Shown in pieces: positions 27,709 to 37,765 of a DNA stretch of 64,000 nucleotides (its first letter is position 1; every line of letters begins with the position of its first letter). The stretch covers positions 1,703-65,702 of the forward strand of contig JBGAIQ010000028.1 in the NCBI GenBank assembly GCA_044225365.1, given 5' to 3'. The notes under the pieces are model-generated. The model ran no database searches. It was not told where the DNA came from and worked only from the letters and a program-made list of their open reading frames with translations. Source of the stretch: Planctomycetota bacterium. Its GTDB lineage: Bacteria > Planctomycetota > B15-G4 > JADJEK01. Position numbers and translations under genes: made by a program.

Positions 27709-29574
27709 ATGAATCGTCTGTTCGCACTCGTACTCCCGCTGCTCCTCGCCCTCGTCGCCAGCCCGGCGGCGAGCGCTCACGGCGGTGCGTACCGGGGTCC
27801 GGGCGGAGGGTATCCTGGGACCGGGCCCGGCACCGGTGGTGGTGGGCCGGGCGGCCCGACGACCGGAGGGAATCCGGGCGGTCCTACGACGGGTGGCGGC
27901 GGCGGCGCGGCGACCTTGCTCGCGAAGAAGACCGTCACGCCCTCGCATACCGACTGGAACACGTGGTGGGAGTTCAACAAGCACCGCTTCCTCAACCTTC
28001 GAGCGCGACTGCGTTCGCGAACCTCGGTGACCGGCAACCATGGTCACTCGAAGGATCTCTCGGGGCGGCCGTCGTTCGACGAGTTGAAAGGGGCCACGCT
28101 CCCACTGATCCTCGAACTCGCGGGGGACAAGGATCCGGACATCGCCGACTCCGCGGTCCTCGCCCTCGCCCGCTTCACGCCGGGGGATCAGGGCAAGAGC
28201 GTTTCCGACGCGATCAAGAAGGCGCTCTCGCGCCCGGAAGCGTCGGTTCGCCAATCCGCGGTGCTCTCGCTCGGCGTCCTCGGTGACTCGGGCTCGGTGG
28301 ACCTGCTGCTCGACATCCTCGGCGATCGCCCCAGCGGGCGGGTCGCTCTCGACGAGAAGAAGGAGATCCCGGAGCATCTGCGGGGGCTTGCGGCGGTCTC
28401 GCTCGGGCTCATCGGCGACGTCAAGGCCATCGCTCCGTTGATCGCTGCCTACAAGGCCGATCAGGGTGGCGACGAGGATCTGCGGTCGAGCATCGTCCTT
28501 TCGCTCGGCCTCTTCCGCGACCCGCCGCACGAGGTCATCCAGTTCCTCCTCTCGGTGCTGGACGATCCGAAAGCACCCGACCGGTTGATCGCGCAAGTTC
28601 CGATCGCGCTGATGCGCGGTCGCGAGACGGCGCGGCCTGCCTTGCCGCGGCTCCACGCCCTGCTGAAGGGCAAGAAGACGGCGAACATCGTGCGGGAGTC
28701 GTGCGCGATCGCGGCGGGCGAATTGGCGGACGCCGGCGACGCCGAGATCATCCAGGAACTCCTCGATACGGCGGAGACCGCGACCGATGACGGCGCGAGC
28801 AACTTCGCGTTCATCGCGCTCGGTTCGATCGGCGCGCGCGCGGCCGCCGACGTGGAGAAGAACGACGCCGTCCTGAAGCAACTCGAGCGCGCACTCGTGA
28901 AGGACCTGAAGCGTCCGCGCGAGAAGAGTCAGTTGCCGTGGATCGCGACGGCGATCGCGTTGCTCGGCAAGGAGCTGAAACGCGATTCGCGCGATCGGAT
29001 CGAACTCGAACTCAGCCTCGGCGAGGCACTCGACGCCGCGCACTCCAACGAGGCGCGTGCGGCGATCGCGATCGGTCTCGGATTGCTCGAATCGACGCGA
29101 AACGGCAAGTCGCTGCTCAAGATGTTCAACGACACCCGCGACAACGAACTCGCTTCGGCGCTCGCGGAGTCGCTCGGACTCATGAAGTTCGACGACTGCG
29201 CGACGTCGCTGAAGGCGCGACTCGACGACGAGCGCGACGCGCGGCTGCGATCGCGCCTGGCGATCGGCCTCGGCCTGCTCGGCGATCTCGATGTCGCGGA
29301 CAAGCTGACGAAGCAACTCGCCGACGTCGAGACGCTCTACGGCACCGCTGCGGTCGCGCGCAGCATCGGCATCGTCGGCGACCGGGCGTCGCTCGAGCCG
29401 CTCATGAAGCTCGCGAGCAAGAAGGGCAAGCCTTCTCTCGTCCGCGCGTTCTCGATCGTTGCGATCGGTCTCCTCGGCGAGAAGACTCCGCTGCCGTGGA
29501 ACGCGCGCATTGCCGAGAACGCGAACTACCTCGCGAACTTCCCGGTGATGCAGGAGGTGCTCGACATCCTATGA
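27709..29574 (+). CDS. secreted HEAT-repeat protein with Gly/Pro-rich N-terminal segment
   Basis: Internal ATG 27709 begins MNRLFALVLPLLLALVASPAASA. A GGAYRGPGGGYPGTGPGTGGGGPGGPTTGG... segment follows, then repeated HEAT/PBS-lyase-like units (DPDIADSAVLALARF, EASVRQSAVLSLGVLGD, RLRSRLAIGLGLLGD). Confidence 0.75.
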   Translation: MNRLFALVLPLLLALVASPAASAHGGAYRGPGGGYPGTGPGTGGGGPGGPTTGGNPGGPTTGGGGGAATLLAKKTVTPSHTDWNTWWEFNKHRFLNLRARLRSRTSVTGNHGHSKDLSGRPSFDELKGATLPLILELAGDKDPDIADSAVLALARFTPGDQGKSVSDAIKKALSRPEASVRQSAVLSLGVLGDSGSVDLLLDILGDRPSGRVALDEKKEIPEHLRGLAAVSLGLIGDVKAIAPLIAAYKADQGGDEDLRSSIVLSLGLFRDPPHEVIQFLLSVLDDPKAPDRLIAQVPIALMRGRETARPALPRLHALLKGKKTANIVRESCAIAAGELADAGDAEIIQELLDTAETATDDGASNFAFIALGSIGARAAADVEKNDAVLKQLERALVKDLKRPREKSQLPWIATAIALLGKELKRDSRDRIELELSLGEALDAAHSNEARAAIAIGLGLLESTRNGKSLLKMFNDTRDNELASALAESLGLMKFDDCATSLKARLDDERDARLRSRLAIGLGLLGDLDVADKLTKQLADVETLYGTAAVARSIGIVGDRASLEPLMKLASKKGKPSLVRAFSIVAIGLLGEKTPLPWNARIAENANYLANFPVMQEVLDIL

Positions 29575-29649
29575 GCACGCATCCGAGCAACGGGACCGAG
29601 GTGTCCCTCCCGGCGCTTGCCGGGCCCACGAATTCAGAAAACGACTCCG

Positions 29650-29708
29650 GGGTCGGTTCGACCCGTCGATCCCTGTGTAGTTCGTCCGCACCGGGTGGGG
29701 CTGCGGAC
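29650..29708. terminator. hairpins in a convergent intergenic region (possible bidirectional terminators)
   Basis: GGGTCG-GTT-CGACCC at 29650-29664 is followed by TTTT on the minus strand 7 nt away. GTCCGCA-11 nt-TGCGGAC at 29684-29708 is followed by TTT on the plus strand. Confidence 0.3.
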
Positions 29709-29768
29709 TTTGGAGCGGCGGACCATCTGCCGACCCCGGAGCTTCGTTTCGTCTGATTCGTCGTCAGG

Positions 29769-31493
29769 TCAGTTGCGCTTGGCTTCCGCCTCGAAGATCG
29801 CGGTGAGCATCACCTTCTCGCTGCCGCGCACGACCTCGATGGAGAACTTCGCGCCATCGGCGGGCGCCGCGATCGCGGTGCGCAACGACTCCATGTCCTT
29901 CACGGGCTTGTCGCCGATCTTCACGATGCGGTCGCCCTTCTGCATACCGGCATTGCTCGCCACGGACTTCGCGAACACGGAGCTGATCGTGACGCCTTCG
30001 CCCTTCGCGGTATCGTCGGGATAGATGCCGAGCCGGCGCCGGCTCTCCGCCTGCGGCTTCGTCATGGTGGGTCGCTTCGAGTCGTTCGCGACGCTGACGA
30101 GGACGTCGAACGCCGTCTGCGCGACGCGCGCGATCTTGCCGTAATCGACCGTTCCGGGATCGTCGGCCGGCGTGTGGTACTGATCGTGCAGGCCGCAGAA
30201 GAAGAAGAGGGTCGGGACTTCGGCCTGGATGAACGGACCGCTGTCGCTCGCGGTCAGGAACATCTCGGCGCCCTTCGCGACTTCCATTCCATGCGGTTTG
30301 CCCATTCGAATCGCGAGATCGAACAGATCCTGGCTGACGTTGAGGCCGAAGATCGAGTTCGGATCGTTACGGCTCACCATGTCGAGATTGATGTAGGCCG
30401 CGATCTTCTCGGGATCGAGTCGCTTCGTCGCCATGAACGCGATCGACCCGAGGAGTCCGCGCTCCTCGGCGCCCCAGAAGCAGACGACGACGCTGCGCTT
30501 CGGCTTCTCGGTCATGTGCGCGAGCGCCTGCGCGACCTCGAGCACGGAGACCGTACCGGAGCCGTTGTCGTCGGTGCCGTTCCAGATGTTGCCCTGATCG
30601 TCGTAGCCGACGTGGTCGTAGTGGCCGCCGATCACGGCGTACTCCTCGCGGAGCTTCGGGTCGCTGCCTTCGATCCAGCCGATGACGTTCGCCGTGCGAT
30701 CGACGCCGTCGCGGGTGATCGAGAGATCGACTTCAGTATCGTGATCGAGCGCGCTCATGATCTCGTCGCCGAGATCACGCGAGACGCGGATCACCGGACC
30801 GGAGAGCGTCGCTTCCGCGGGCGCGACGGTATGGGAGGCGAAGAACGCTTCTTCGGCGCTCGGCGCGGGTTCGAGGTAACCGCCGGCGGGCTTCGCCGGC
30901 GCGTCCTTGGGTGGAGTGGGGGGCGCGGTGGGCTTGGGAGTCGCGCGGCGCCGGCCGTCGCGGCGGGCGCGGGACTCGAACTTCTCCTGCGTGGTGACGA
31001 ACACGACGCCCTTCGCGCCCTTGGCGAACAGCTCCGCGGCGATCTCGTTCGCCTTCGCGACGTCGTCGCCACCGGTCGCGACGACGAGTTTGTCCTTCGG
31101 GTCGCCGTTCATCGTGACGAGCTTGCCGTGGAAGTTGCCGGTCGCGGTCTGCGCGAGCGCGTCGACGAGCGTGGGATCGCTGTGCTCGTTCGCCCCGTTC
31201 TTGAGGCGCACCTTCGGGCGTCCCGCCGCGTTCTGGATGTCGAAGGGCATCTGGAACTTGTCGAACAGCGGCTTGAAGCCGAGCGCGGTCAGTTGCGACT
31301 CGAGGTAGGCCGCCGCGAGTTCGCCGCCGCGATATCCCGAATCCCGCCCCTCGAGGAGATCGCTCGCGAGGAAATCGAGGTGGGCTCGTACTTGCGGTTC
31401 GGTGATGGTCTCCGCCTGAGGCGTGGCGAGCGCGAGCCCTCCATGGAGGGTTTGAACGAAGGCGATGGCGCAGACGGCGAAAGAAGTTCGCAT
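29769..31493 (-). CDS. M28-family peptidase with C-terminal PDZ domain
   Basis: Signal-like N-terminus. GTDDNGSGTVSVLEVAQALA is the M28 zinc-ligand region. The C-terminal GVTISSVFAKSVASNAGMQKGDRIVKIGDKPV is PDZ-like. Confidence 0.8.
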   Translation of the reverse strand: MRTSFAVCAIAFVQTLHGGLALATPQAETITEPQVRAHLDFLASDLLEGRDSGYRGGELAAAYLESQLTALGFKPLFDKFQMPFDIQNAAGRPKVRLKNGANEHSDPTLVDALAQTATGNFHGKLVTMNGDPKDKLVVATGGDDVAKANEIAAELFAKGAKGVVFVTTQEKFESRARRDGRRRATPKPTAPPTPPKDAPAKPAGGYLEPAPSAEEAFFASHTVAPAEATLSGPVIRVSRDLGDEIMSALDHDTEVDLSITRDGVDRTANVIGWIEGSDPKLREEYAVIGGHYDHVGYDDQGNIWNGTDDNGSGTVSVLEVAQALAHMTEKPKRSVVVCFWGAEERGLLGSIAFMATKRLDPEKIAAYINLDMVSRNDPNSIFGLNVSQDLFDLAIRMGKPHGMEVAKGAEMFLTASDSGPFIQAEVPTLFFFCGLHDQYHTPADDPGTVDYGKIARVAQTAFDVLVSVANDSKRPTMTKPQAESRRRLGIYPDDTAKGEGVTISSVFAKSVASNAGMQKGDRIVKIGDKPVKDMESLRTAIAAPADGAKFSIEVVRGSEKVMLTAIFEAEAKRN

Positions 31494-31777
31494 CCAGTAA
31501 CTCCGAGTTCCTTGAGGCGGCCGGACCGGTATCGTATCGGAATCGAGGGGACGGCGCGCGGGGACACGCGCCCAAAACCGTCCTCGAGCGTCGCGCCCGA
31601 TCCAACGGCCCGTGCGAATTCGTGCGGATCGGTACGGATCAGGGTGAATCGGGGCGGATCGGGCGCTTCAGTACCGCCAGCGCCGCGGTCGAAGAGTTCG
31701 CTGCGTCTTCGCGCGGGAGTTGCGCGAGGGGTTTGGATGTGCCACTTCTCCGGCCCTGAATCCAAGGAGATGCGCCG

Positions 31778-32203
31778 TTGTCCGAGCCGATTCCGACTCA
31801 TCGCGTCGTGGTCTGTGTGTTTCGCGGCACCCGGCAAGGGCCCCGTTATCTGGTCGTTCGCCAGAACACCGAATACGAAGGGCTGTGGCGACCGGTCCTC
31901 GGGACCGTTCGACCCGAAGAGGTGATCGAGGCCGCCGCGGTGCGCGAGGTTCGCGATGAGACCGGAATCGTCGGCCCACACCAGTTGATCGACTTCGGCT
32001 ACCGCAATCGGGAGCAGATCGGCGACTTCGACCTGGTCGAGTGGGGCGTGGGGTACGACGTCGGTCCGGACGAGCCGCCGATCCGCCTCGGTCCGAGCTA
32101 CCGCGAATTCCGCTGGCTCGATTTCGAGGAAGCCTACCGGGTGGTGGAAGTTCCGCCGCTCCGCGAGGCCGTGCTGAAGCTCCACCTCGAGATCTTCGGA
32201 TGA
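31778..32203 (+). CDS. NUDIX hydrolase
   Basis: TTG start 8 nt after AAGGAGA. The Nudix box is GTVRPEEVIEAAAVREVRDETGI. Confidence 0.8.
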   Translation: MSEPIPTHRVVVCVFRGTRQGPRYLVVRQNTEYEGLWRPVLGTVRPEEVIEAAAVREVRDETGIVGPHQLIDFGYRNREQIGDFDLVEWGVGYDVGPDEPPIRLGPSYREFRWLDFEEAYRVVEVPPLREAVLKLHLEIFG

Positions 32204-32323
32204 CGAACCGTCGGGCGGATGCGCTCCTCGAATCCCCGGCGCTGGTCAACGAATTGGGATCCGGATTCGGCTAGAATCTTTCGTTGGGAGCGTCGTCGAA
32301 CGGCGCCTTCCCGGAGGTCCCCG

Positions 32324-34249
32324 ATGTCGAGCCAACAGCATTCCGGCGCGCCCCTCGTCCTGGAGCCGCAGCGCACTTCGCGACGCCTTCGCTGCGACGG
32401 ATCGCACGGCCGAGAGCGCGGCGCCGCGCTCCTCCTCGCCTTCCTCGCAATCCTGGTGCTCACGGTCGTCATCACGCAGATGTCCCTCTCGGCGACGGTC
32501 GATCGCCAGATCGCCTCGAACACGATCAAGGAATTGCGGGCGGATTACGCCGCAAGGGGGGCATTCGAACAGGCGAAGGCTTCTTTGATCACCGACCTGC
32601 GCGACGAACAACTCGACGCCGCAGCGGGCCAGGGCGGAGCCGGCGGGGATTCGGGGGGATCTCCGGGAGGCGCGGGAGGCGCGGGAGGGGCCTCGGGCGC
32701 AGCGGGGGGAAGTTCGAACTTCGGCGGCGCCGGCGCAGGAGCGGGGGGCCAGGGTCAGGGTCAGGATCCCCCGAACGACTCGATCAAGGATGCCTGGGCC
32801 GATCCGAGTCAGGGCAATCAGCAGTTCGGCGACTGCGAAGTCAAGATCCGCATCATCGACGAGGATCGCAAGTTCAACGTCCTCGCGATCGTCGCGCGCG
32901 ACCCCGACTTCGCCAAGCTGTCGCAGGAGCGGCTCATCCGCCTGATCGATACCTTCCGCCAGGACTCGAAGAACTACGACCTCACGAGCAGCGACGCCAA
33001 ACGCATCGTCGAGAGCATGGTCGATTGGTTGAAGGGCAATCGCCTCCGCGGGTTCCCGACGCCACCACCGCTCCTCGTGAAGGCGGATCCGAACGCCCGC
33101 TTCGACGACAAGGACAAGCGATTCAAGGAGGGCGAAGAGGAGCCGATCGACTTCCCGCTCAGCTTCGACGAGTTCCTCGGCCTCGATGGAATGACGCCCG
33201 ACGTGATGCACGCCGTGTGGGACAAGGGCGAGTACGTCCCTGGCCTCGAGGACGTCTGCACCGTCTACTCGAATCTCGCGTTCGATTCCGCGGCCTACCA
33301 ACAGACCCACGTTCCGACTGCGGACGAACAGGCAGCGGGCGGTGCCGGCAACGGCGCGCCTTCCGCCCAGGGTGCGGGCGGTGGCTCCGGCACCGGCGGC
33401 GGGAAGAACAATCCAGGTGCATCCGGCGGCAAGGGTGGCGCCGGCGGTTTCAGCAATCCGTTCGCCGGTGCGAGCGGGAGTGGCGGCGGCGGCGGCAACA
33501 AGAACGGTACCAGCGGCAACGGCAACGAAGGCGGTGGCAAGAGTTCGAAGGGCAACGACGAAGAGGCCGACGCGCCGCCGACCGACGAGGCCGGACAGCT
33601 CACGGCGACCGAGACCAATCAGGGCCGCGTGAACGTGAATACCGCGTCGCTGCGCGTTCTGCGCGTGCTCGCTCCGGAAGGTCAGATCCCCGACTCGATC
33701 TTCGAGAAGATCGACGAATTCCGCAGGACCGCGATCGACGAGGAACTGCTCGAGACCGCGAAGCGCCGCGGTTACGGCAAGGATGGCACGGGCAAGAGTC
33801 AGGACAACAAGAACGGCAGCCAGAACAAGAACAAGGGTGGCTCGAACGCCGCGGGCAAGGACGACAAGGAAGACGATGAGGACGCCTTGAAGAACGACTT
33901 CTCGTTCCACGACTCGAACGAGGTCTTCGACAAGGTCGCCGACTTCTACGACACGACCTTCGAGATTCCCGACGACGCCAAGACCGAGTTCGGCAACGCA
34001 GTGGCGACGAAGAGCAGTGTCTTCACGATCTATGTCGAGGTCCGTGGCAAGGACAGCAAGAAGAGCGGCCGCAGTTCGTTCGACGCGCGGCAGGCCAACC
34101 CGCCCGATTCGATCTACCGCGCTGTGGTCTGGCGGCGCAAGGAAGGGGATTCGTTCCAGGTCATCCCGATCCTCCCCCTGCACGCCTGGGCCGGGATCCT
34201 CCCGCCCGACGACGAGGACTATCGGAAGAAGTTCCCGTTCGGGTTCTAA
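32324..34249 (+). CDS. GspK-like type II secretion minor pseudopilin with long low-complexity inserts
   Basis: ATG 32324 follows GGAGG. RGAALLLAFLAILVLTVVITQMSL is a pseudopilin-like N-terminal helix. GRVNVNTASLRVLRVL is the GspK/ComEA-type helix-hairpin-helix motif. Three Gly/Asn/Lys-rich tracts lie at about nt 32620-32770, 33325-33590 and 33770-33900. Confidence 0.6.
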   Translation: MSSQQHSGAPLVLEPQRTSRRLRCDGSHGRERGAALLLAFLAILVLTVVITQMSLSATVDRQIASNTIKELRADYAARGAFEQAKASLITDLRDEQLDAAAGQGGAGGDSGGSPGGAGGAGGASGAAGGSSNFGGAGAGAGGQGQGQDPPNDSIKDAWADPSQGNQQFGDCEVKIRIIDEDRKFNVLAIVARDPDFAKLSQERLIRLIDTFRQDSKNYDLTSSDAKRIVESMVDWLKGNRLRGFPTPPPLLVKADPNARFDDKDKRFKEGEEEPIDFPLSFDEFLGLDGMTPDVMHAVWDKGEYVPGLEDVCTVYSNLAFDSAAYQQTHVPTADEQAAGGAGNGAPSAQGAGGGSGTGGGKNNPGASGGKGGAGGFSNPFAGASGSGGGGGNKNGTSGNGNEGGGKSSKGNDEEADAPPTDEAGQLTATETNQGRVNVNTASLRVLRVLAPEGQIPDSIFEKIDEFRRTAIDEELLETAKRRGYGKDGTGKSQDNKNGSQNKNKGGSNAAGKDDKEDDEDALKNDFSFHDSNEVFDKVADFYDTTFEIPDDAKTEFGNAVATKSSVFTIYVEVRGKDSKKSGRSSFDARQANPPDSIYRAVVWRRKEGDSFQVIPILPLHAWAGILPPDDEDYRKKFPFGF

Positions 34250-34328
34250 TGGCGATTGGGGGCCGCTCGCCGGATTGAACTTTGCACGCGGATCGGTAGA
34301 CTGGCGCGTTTCCACTCGCGCGGCAGCA

Positions 34329-35093
34329 ATGCGGACCTCACTGATCGCAGGCAACTGGAAGATGAACCTCGACGCCGAGGCCGCCTCGGCGCTCGTCGAA
34401 GGTCTCGTTGCCGCCCTGCCGGCGTTGCCGAAGTGTGCGATCGCGGTGTATCCGCCCTTCGTCTACCTCGCCGAAGTGACGCGCGCGGCGAGTTGGAGCG
34501 GCGGCCGTGTCGCAGTCGGGGCGCAGAATTGCCATCACGAGGATGCGGGCGCATTCACCGGCGAGGTCTCGCCGAAGATGGTCCGCGACGTCGGCGCCAC
34601 CAGTGTCCTGCTCGGCCACTCCGAACGTCGACGCGACTTTCGTGAGGACGACGCGACCATCGCGCGCAAGTTGCGCGCTGCGCTGCGCAACGGCTTGAAG
34701 GCCGTCGTCTGCGTCGGGGAGACGCTCGATCAACGCGACGCCGGATCGACCCTGTCGGTCGTGAGCGGTCAGATCGCGGGCGCGCTCACCGGGCTCGATC
34801 CGAGTTCGATGCAATCCGTGACGATCGCGTACGAACCCGTATGGGCGATCGGCACCGGCCGGAATGCGACTCCCGCGCAGGCGGTCGAGGTGCATGCGGC
34901 CATCCGGTCCCGGCTCGCCGAGCTGTTTGGCACGGCGATCGCAAACAAGACACGCATTCTCTACGGCGGCTCCGTCACTGCGGACAACGCGGCGGCCTTG
35001 CTCTCCGAACCCGAGATCGACGGTGCACTCGTCGGGGGTGCGTCGCTCAAGTTGGATACGTTCACTCGAATCGTGCGCGCGGCTCGCGCCTGA
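34329..35093 (+). CDS. tpiA: triosephosphate isomerase
   Basis: Internal ATG 34329. LIAGNWKMN, GAQNCHHEDAGAFTGEVS, LLGHSERR, AYEPVWAIGTG and LYGGSV are canonical TIM motifs. Confidence 0.95.
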   Translation: MRTSLIAGNWKMNLDAEAASALVEGLVAALPALPKCAIAVYPPFVYLAEVTRAASWSGGRVAVGAQNCHHEDAGAFTGEVSPKMVRDVGATSVLLGHSERRRDFREDDATIARKLRAALRNGLKAVVCVGETLDQRDAGSTLSVVSGQIAGALTGLDPSSMQSVTIAYEPVWAIGTGRNATPAQAVEVHAAIRSRLAELFGTAIANKTRILYGGSVTADNAAALLSEPEIDGALVGGASLKLDTFTRIVRAARA

Positions 35094-35165
35094 ACGAAGG
35101 CGGAGTCGAGTCCGGTTCGCGCGCTTCGCCAGACGGGCGGAGCGCTGGCAAGCGAGGAAGGATCG

Positions 35166-35531
35166 ATGATCTTCATCAGTCTGCTCTGGATCCTGTTCGT
35201 GCTCTCGGCGCTGCTGCTCAGCCTGCTCATCCTCATCCAGGAGGGCAAGGGCGGTGGCCTCGCCGAGGCCTTCGGCGGCCAGGGCGCCGAGACGTTCGGC
35301 GTGAAGGCGACGGGCGTCAACTACTTCACCGGCGGCGTCGCGGCGTTGATGTTCCTCTGCGCGATCCTGATCAACAAGTGCGCCTACCAGACCGGCGGCG
35401 TGCATTTCGCGCCCGCCAGCTCGCAGAGCACTCCCGCGAATCCGAACCCCACGGGCACCAATCCCGGCGACGGCGGTTCGGGCGGAACTTCGGGCAGTCA
35501 GGCCCCGGCCGGTGGTACCGAGAAGAAGTGA
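35166..35531 (+). CDS. secG: preprotein translocase subunit SecG
   Basis: LLILIQEGKGGGLAEAFGG is the SecG signature. Two TM segments. Conserved tpiA-secG synteny. RBS AGGAAGGA lies upstream. Confidence 0.9.
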   Translation: MIFISLLWILFVLSALLLSLLILIQEGKGGGLAEAFGGQGAETFGVKATGVNYFTGGVAALMFLCAILINKCAYQTGGVHFAPASSQSTPANPNPTGTNPGDGGSGGTSGSQAPAGGTEKK

Positions 35532-35552
35532 CCGTTCGAACGCGAGGCGCGC

Positions 35553-36182
35553 ATGGAATCACATGACGTCCTGAATCTGCTGCGCGAGAGCGAAGCGCTC
35601 CTCGAAGGGCACTTCCTGCTCTCGTCGGGACTCCGCTCCGATCGCTATGTCCAATGCGCGCTCGTGCTCCAGCACCCCGCGCGTGCGGGCTTGCTCGGGG
35701 TGGCTCTCGGCGAGAAGTTCGCCGACGATCGGGTCGACGTCGTCGTCGGCCCCGCGATGGGCGGCATCATCATCGCGCACGAAGTCGCGCGATTCCTCGG
35801 TGCGCGCTGCCTCTTCACGGAGCGGGTCGAGGGACGGATGCAGTTGCGGCGCAACTTCAAGATCGCGCGCGATGAGCGCGTCCTCGTCGTCGAGGACGTG
35901 ATCACGACGGGAGGATCCGCGCGCGAAGTCGTCGATCTGATCTCGGCGATGGGTGCGACGGTCGTGGGCGTCGGCAGCATGATCGATCGGACTTCGGGAC
36001 AGAGCGGTTTCGGGGTGCCCTTCCGCAGCCTCGCGCGAGTCGACGCGCAGACCTGGACGGCCGAAGAGGATCCGCTCGCGAAGCAGGGTTCGGTGCCCGT
36101 GAAGCCGGGCAGTCGCAGCGGTGGCGTGGCAAATGCCTCGCGCTCCGACGAAGGCGGCCTGACGCATCAGGCCGGGGCTTGA
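35553..36182 (+). CDS. pyrE: orotate phosphoribosyltransferase
   Basis: GHFLLSSGLRSDRYVQC plus the PRPP-binding loop VLVVEDVITTGGS. Confidence 0.9.
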   Translation: MESHDVLNLLRESEALLEGHFLLSSGLRSDRYVQCALVLQHPARAGLLGVALGEKFADDRVDVVVGPAMGGIIIAHEVARFLGARCLFTERVEGRMQLRRNFKIARDERVLVVEDVITTGGSAREVVDLISAMGATVVGVGSMIDRTSGQSGFGVPFRSLARVDAQTWTAEEDPLAKQGSVPVKPGSRSGGVANASRSDEGGLTHQAGA

Positions 36183-36192
36183 ACCGAAGGCG

Positions 36193-37104
36193 ATGATGCC
36201 AGTTTCGATGACCGGTTTCGGCCGCGCCGAACGCGCGCAAGGTGGACGCAGCGCCGTCGTCGAGGTGCGCTCCGTCAACCATCGCCATCTCGTCGTCAAA
36301 TGGCGCTTGCCGTCGCGGCTCGCTGGTTCCGAGGCCAAACTCGAAGAAGCCGTTCGTGAGGCCGCGACGCGCGGCACGGTCGAAGTATCGATTCGCCTGA
36401 AGAGTGAATCGACGACGGCCGCGCGCGTCGATCTCGAACTCGCGAAGCGCTACGCCGAATCGATCCGCGAGCTGGAACGCGGCGCGCAGGGCAAACGCAA
36501 GGTCGCTTCGAAATCGAAGGAATCGACTCCGATCGACTGGGCGCGAGTCCTGCAGCTTCCCGGCGTGATCGCGACCAGCGACGACTCGGTCGCCGACGAA
36601 GCGGAAGTCGCGTTCGTCGCGGCCGTCCTCGAGAAAGCGCTCGACGAACTCGTGCGGCTGCGCCGCAAAGAAGGCGCGCGGCTCGCCGCCGAACTCGAAT
36701 CGATCATCGATGGGGCGCGCGACCACGTGAACGCGATCGAACAGCGCTCGTCGCGACTCCCCGCGGTCTACAAGCAGCGGCTCGAAACGCGCATCAAGGA
36801 ATTGCTCGGCAACGGTCCTCTGGCACTCGATCCTGGCACGCTCGAACGCGAGGTCGCGATGCTGGCCGATCGCAGCGACGTCCGCGAAGAGATCGCGCGA
36901 CTGCTCTCGCATTTCGAGGGGTTCAAGGAAACGCTGGCGCGCAAGGGTTCGGTCGGCCGCACGCTCGAGTTCCAGGTGCAGGAGATGGGACGCGAGGCGA
37001 ACACGATCGGATCGAAGATGCAGGACGCCGAGGCCAGCCGCAGCGTCGTCGAGTTGAAGACCGCGATCGAGAGGCTCAAGGAGCAGGTACAAAACCTCGA
37101 ATGA
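36193..37104 (+). CDS. yicC: YicC-family stress-induced protein
   Basis: SMTGFGRAE...VEVRSVNHRHL and the C-terminal EFQVQEMGREANTIGSK are typical of YicC (TIGR00255). Confidence 0.85.
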   Translation: MMPVSMTGFGRAERAQGGRSAVVEVRSVNHRHLVVKWRLPSRLAGSEAKLEEAVREAATRGTVEVSIRLKSESTTAARVDLELAKRYAESIRELERGAQGKRKVASKSKESTPIDWARVLQLPGVIATSDDSVADEAEVAFVAAVLEKALDELVRLRRKEGARLAAELESIIDGARDHVNAIEQRSSRLPAVYKQRLETRIKELLGNGPLALDPGTLEREVAMLADRSDVREEIARLLSHFEGFKETLARKGSVGRTLEFQVQEMGREANTIGSKMQDAEASRSVVELKTAIERLKEQVQNLE

Positions 37105-37709
37105 TCGGCGGCGAAGACAAATCGACCGAGCGCGGCGTCTTTCGAGGCGGCCTCGTCGTGATCTCCGGGCCATCGGGTTCGGGGAAGACGACCATCGTCG
37201 AACGATTGGAACGCGATCCGCTCGTGACGGTCGCCGTCACGGCGACGACCCGGGCGATGCGCCCGCACGAGCGCGACGGCGTCGATTATTACTTCCTCAC
37301 CCGTGAGCAGTTCGAGGCCAAGATCGCCGCGAACGAATTCATCGAATACAACGAAGTCTTCAAGAACGGACAGTTCTACGGTTCCTTGAAGGCCCCTCTC
37401 GAGGTGGCGCTGAAGGACAAGAGCCGGTATTACGTGTTGGAGATCGACGTCGAAGGCGGCCTCGAAGTGCGCCGTCTCGGTTACCATGGTCTCTGGATCT
37501 TCATCGCACCGCCGTCGCAGGACGAGCTGCGACGGAGGATCGAACGACGCGGCACCGAATCCGGAGCGGCCATCGAACAGCGGATGCTGAAGGTGGCGCT
37601 CGAGATGGAGATGAAGAGCAAGTACGACGTCGTCGTGATCAACGACGACTTGGAACGAGCGATCGCCGAGGTTCGAACGATCCTCGGCCTGCCCGCGAAA
37701 GAACACTGA
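37101..37709 (+). CDS. gmk: guanylate kinase
   Basis: ATGA overlap with yicC. P-loop is GPSGSGKTT. DYYFLTREQFE...FIEYNEVF.NGQFYGS is typical of Gmk. Confidence 0.95.
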   Translation: MIGGEDKSTERGVFRGGLVVISGPSGSGKTTIVERLERDPLVTVAVTATTRAMRPHERDGVDYYFLTREQFEAKIAANEFIEYNEVFKNGQFYGSLKAPLEVALKDKSRYYVLEIDVEGGLEVRRLGYHGLWIFIAPPSQDELRRRIERRGTESGAAIEQRMLKVALEMEMKSKYDVVVINDDLERAIAEVRTILGLPAKEH

Positions 37710-37765
37710 ACCCGGACCCCGAACGGGTTCGTACGTAGAACACAAGCAGCAACGGAGGTCGTAGC

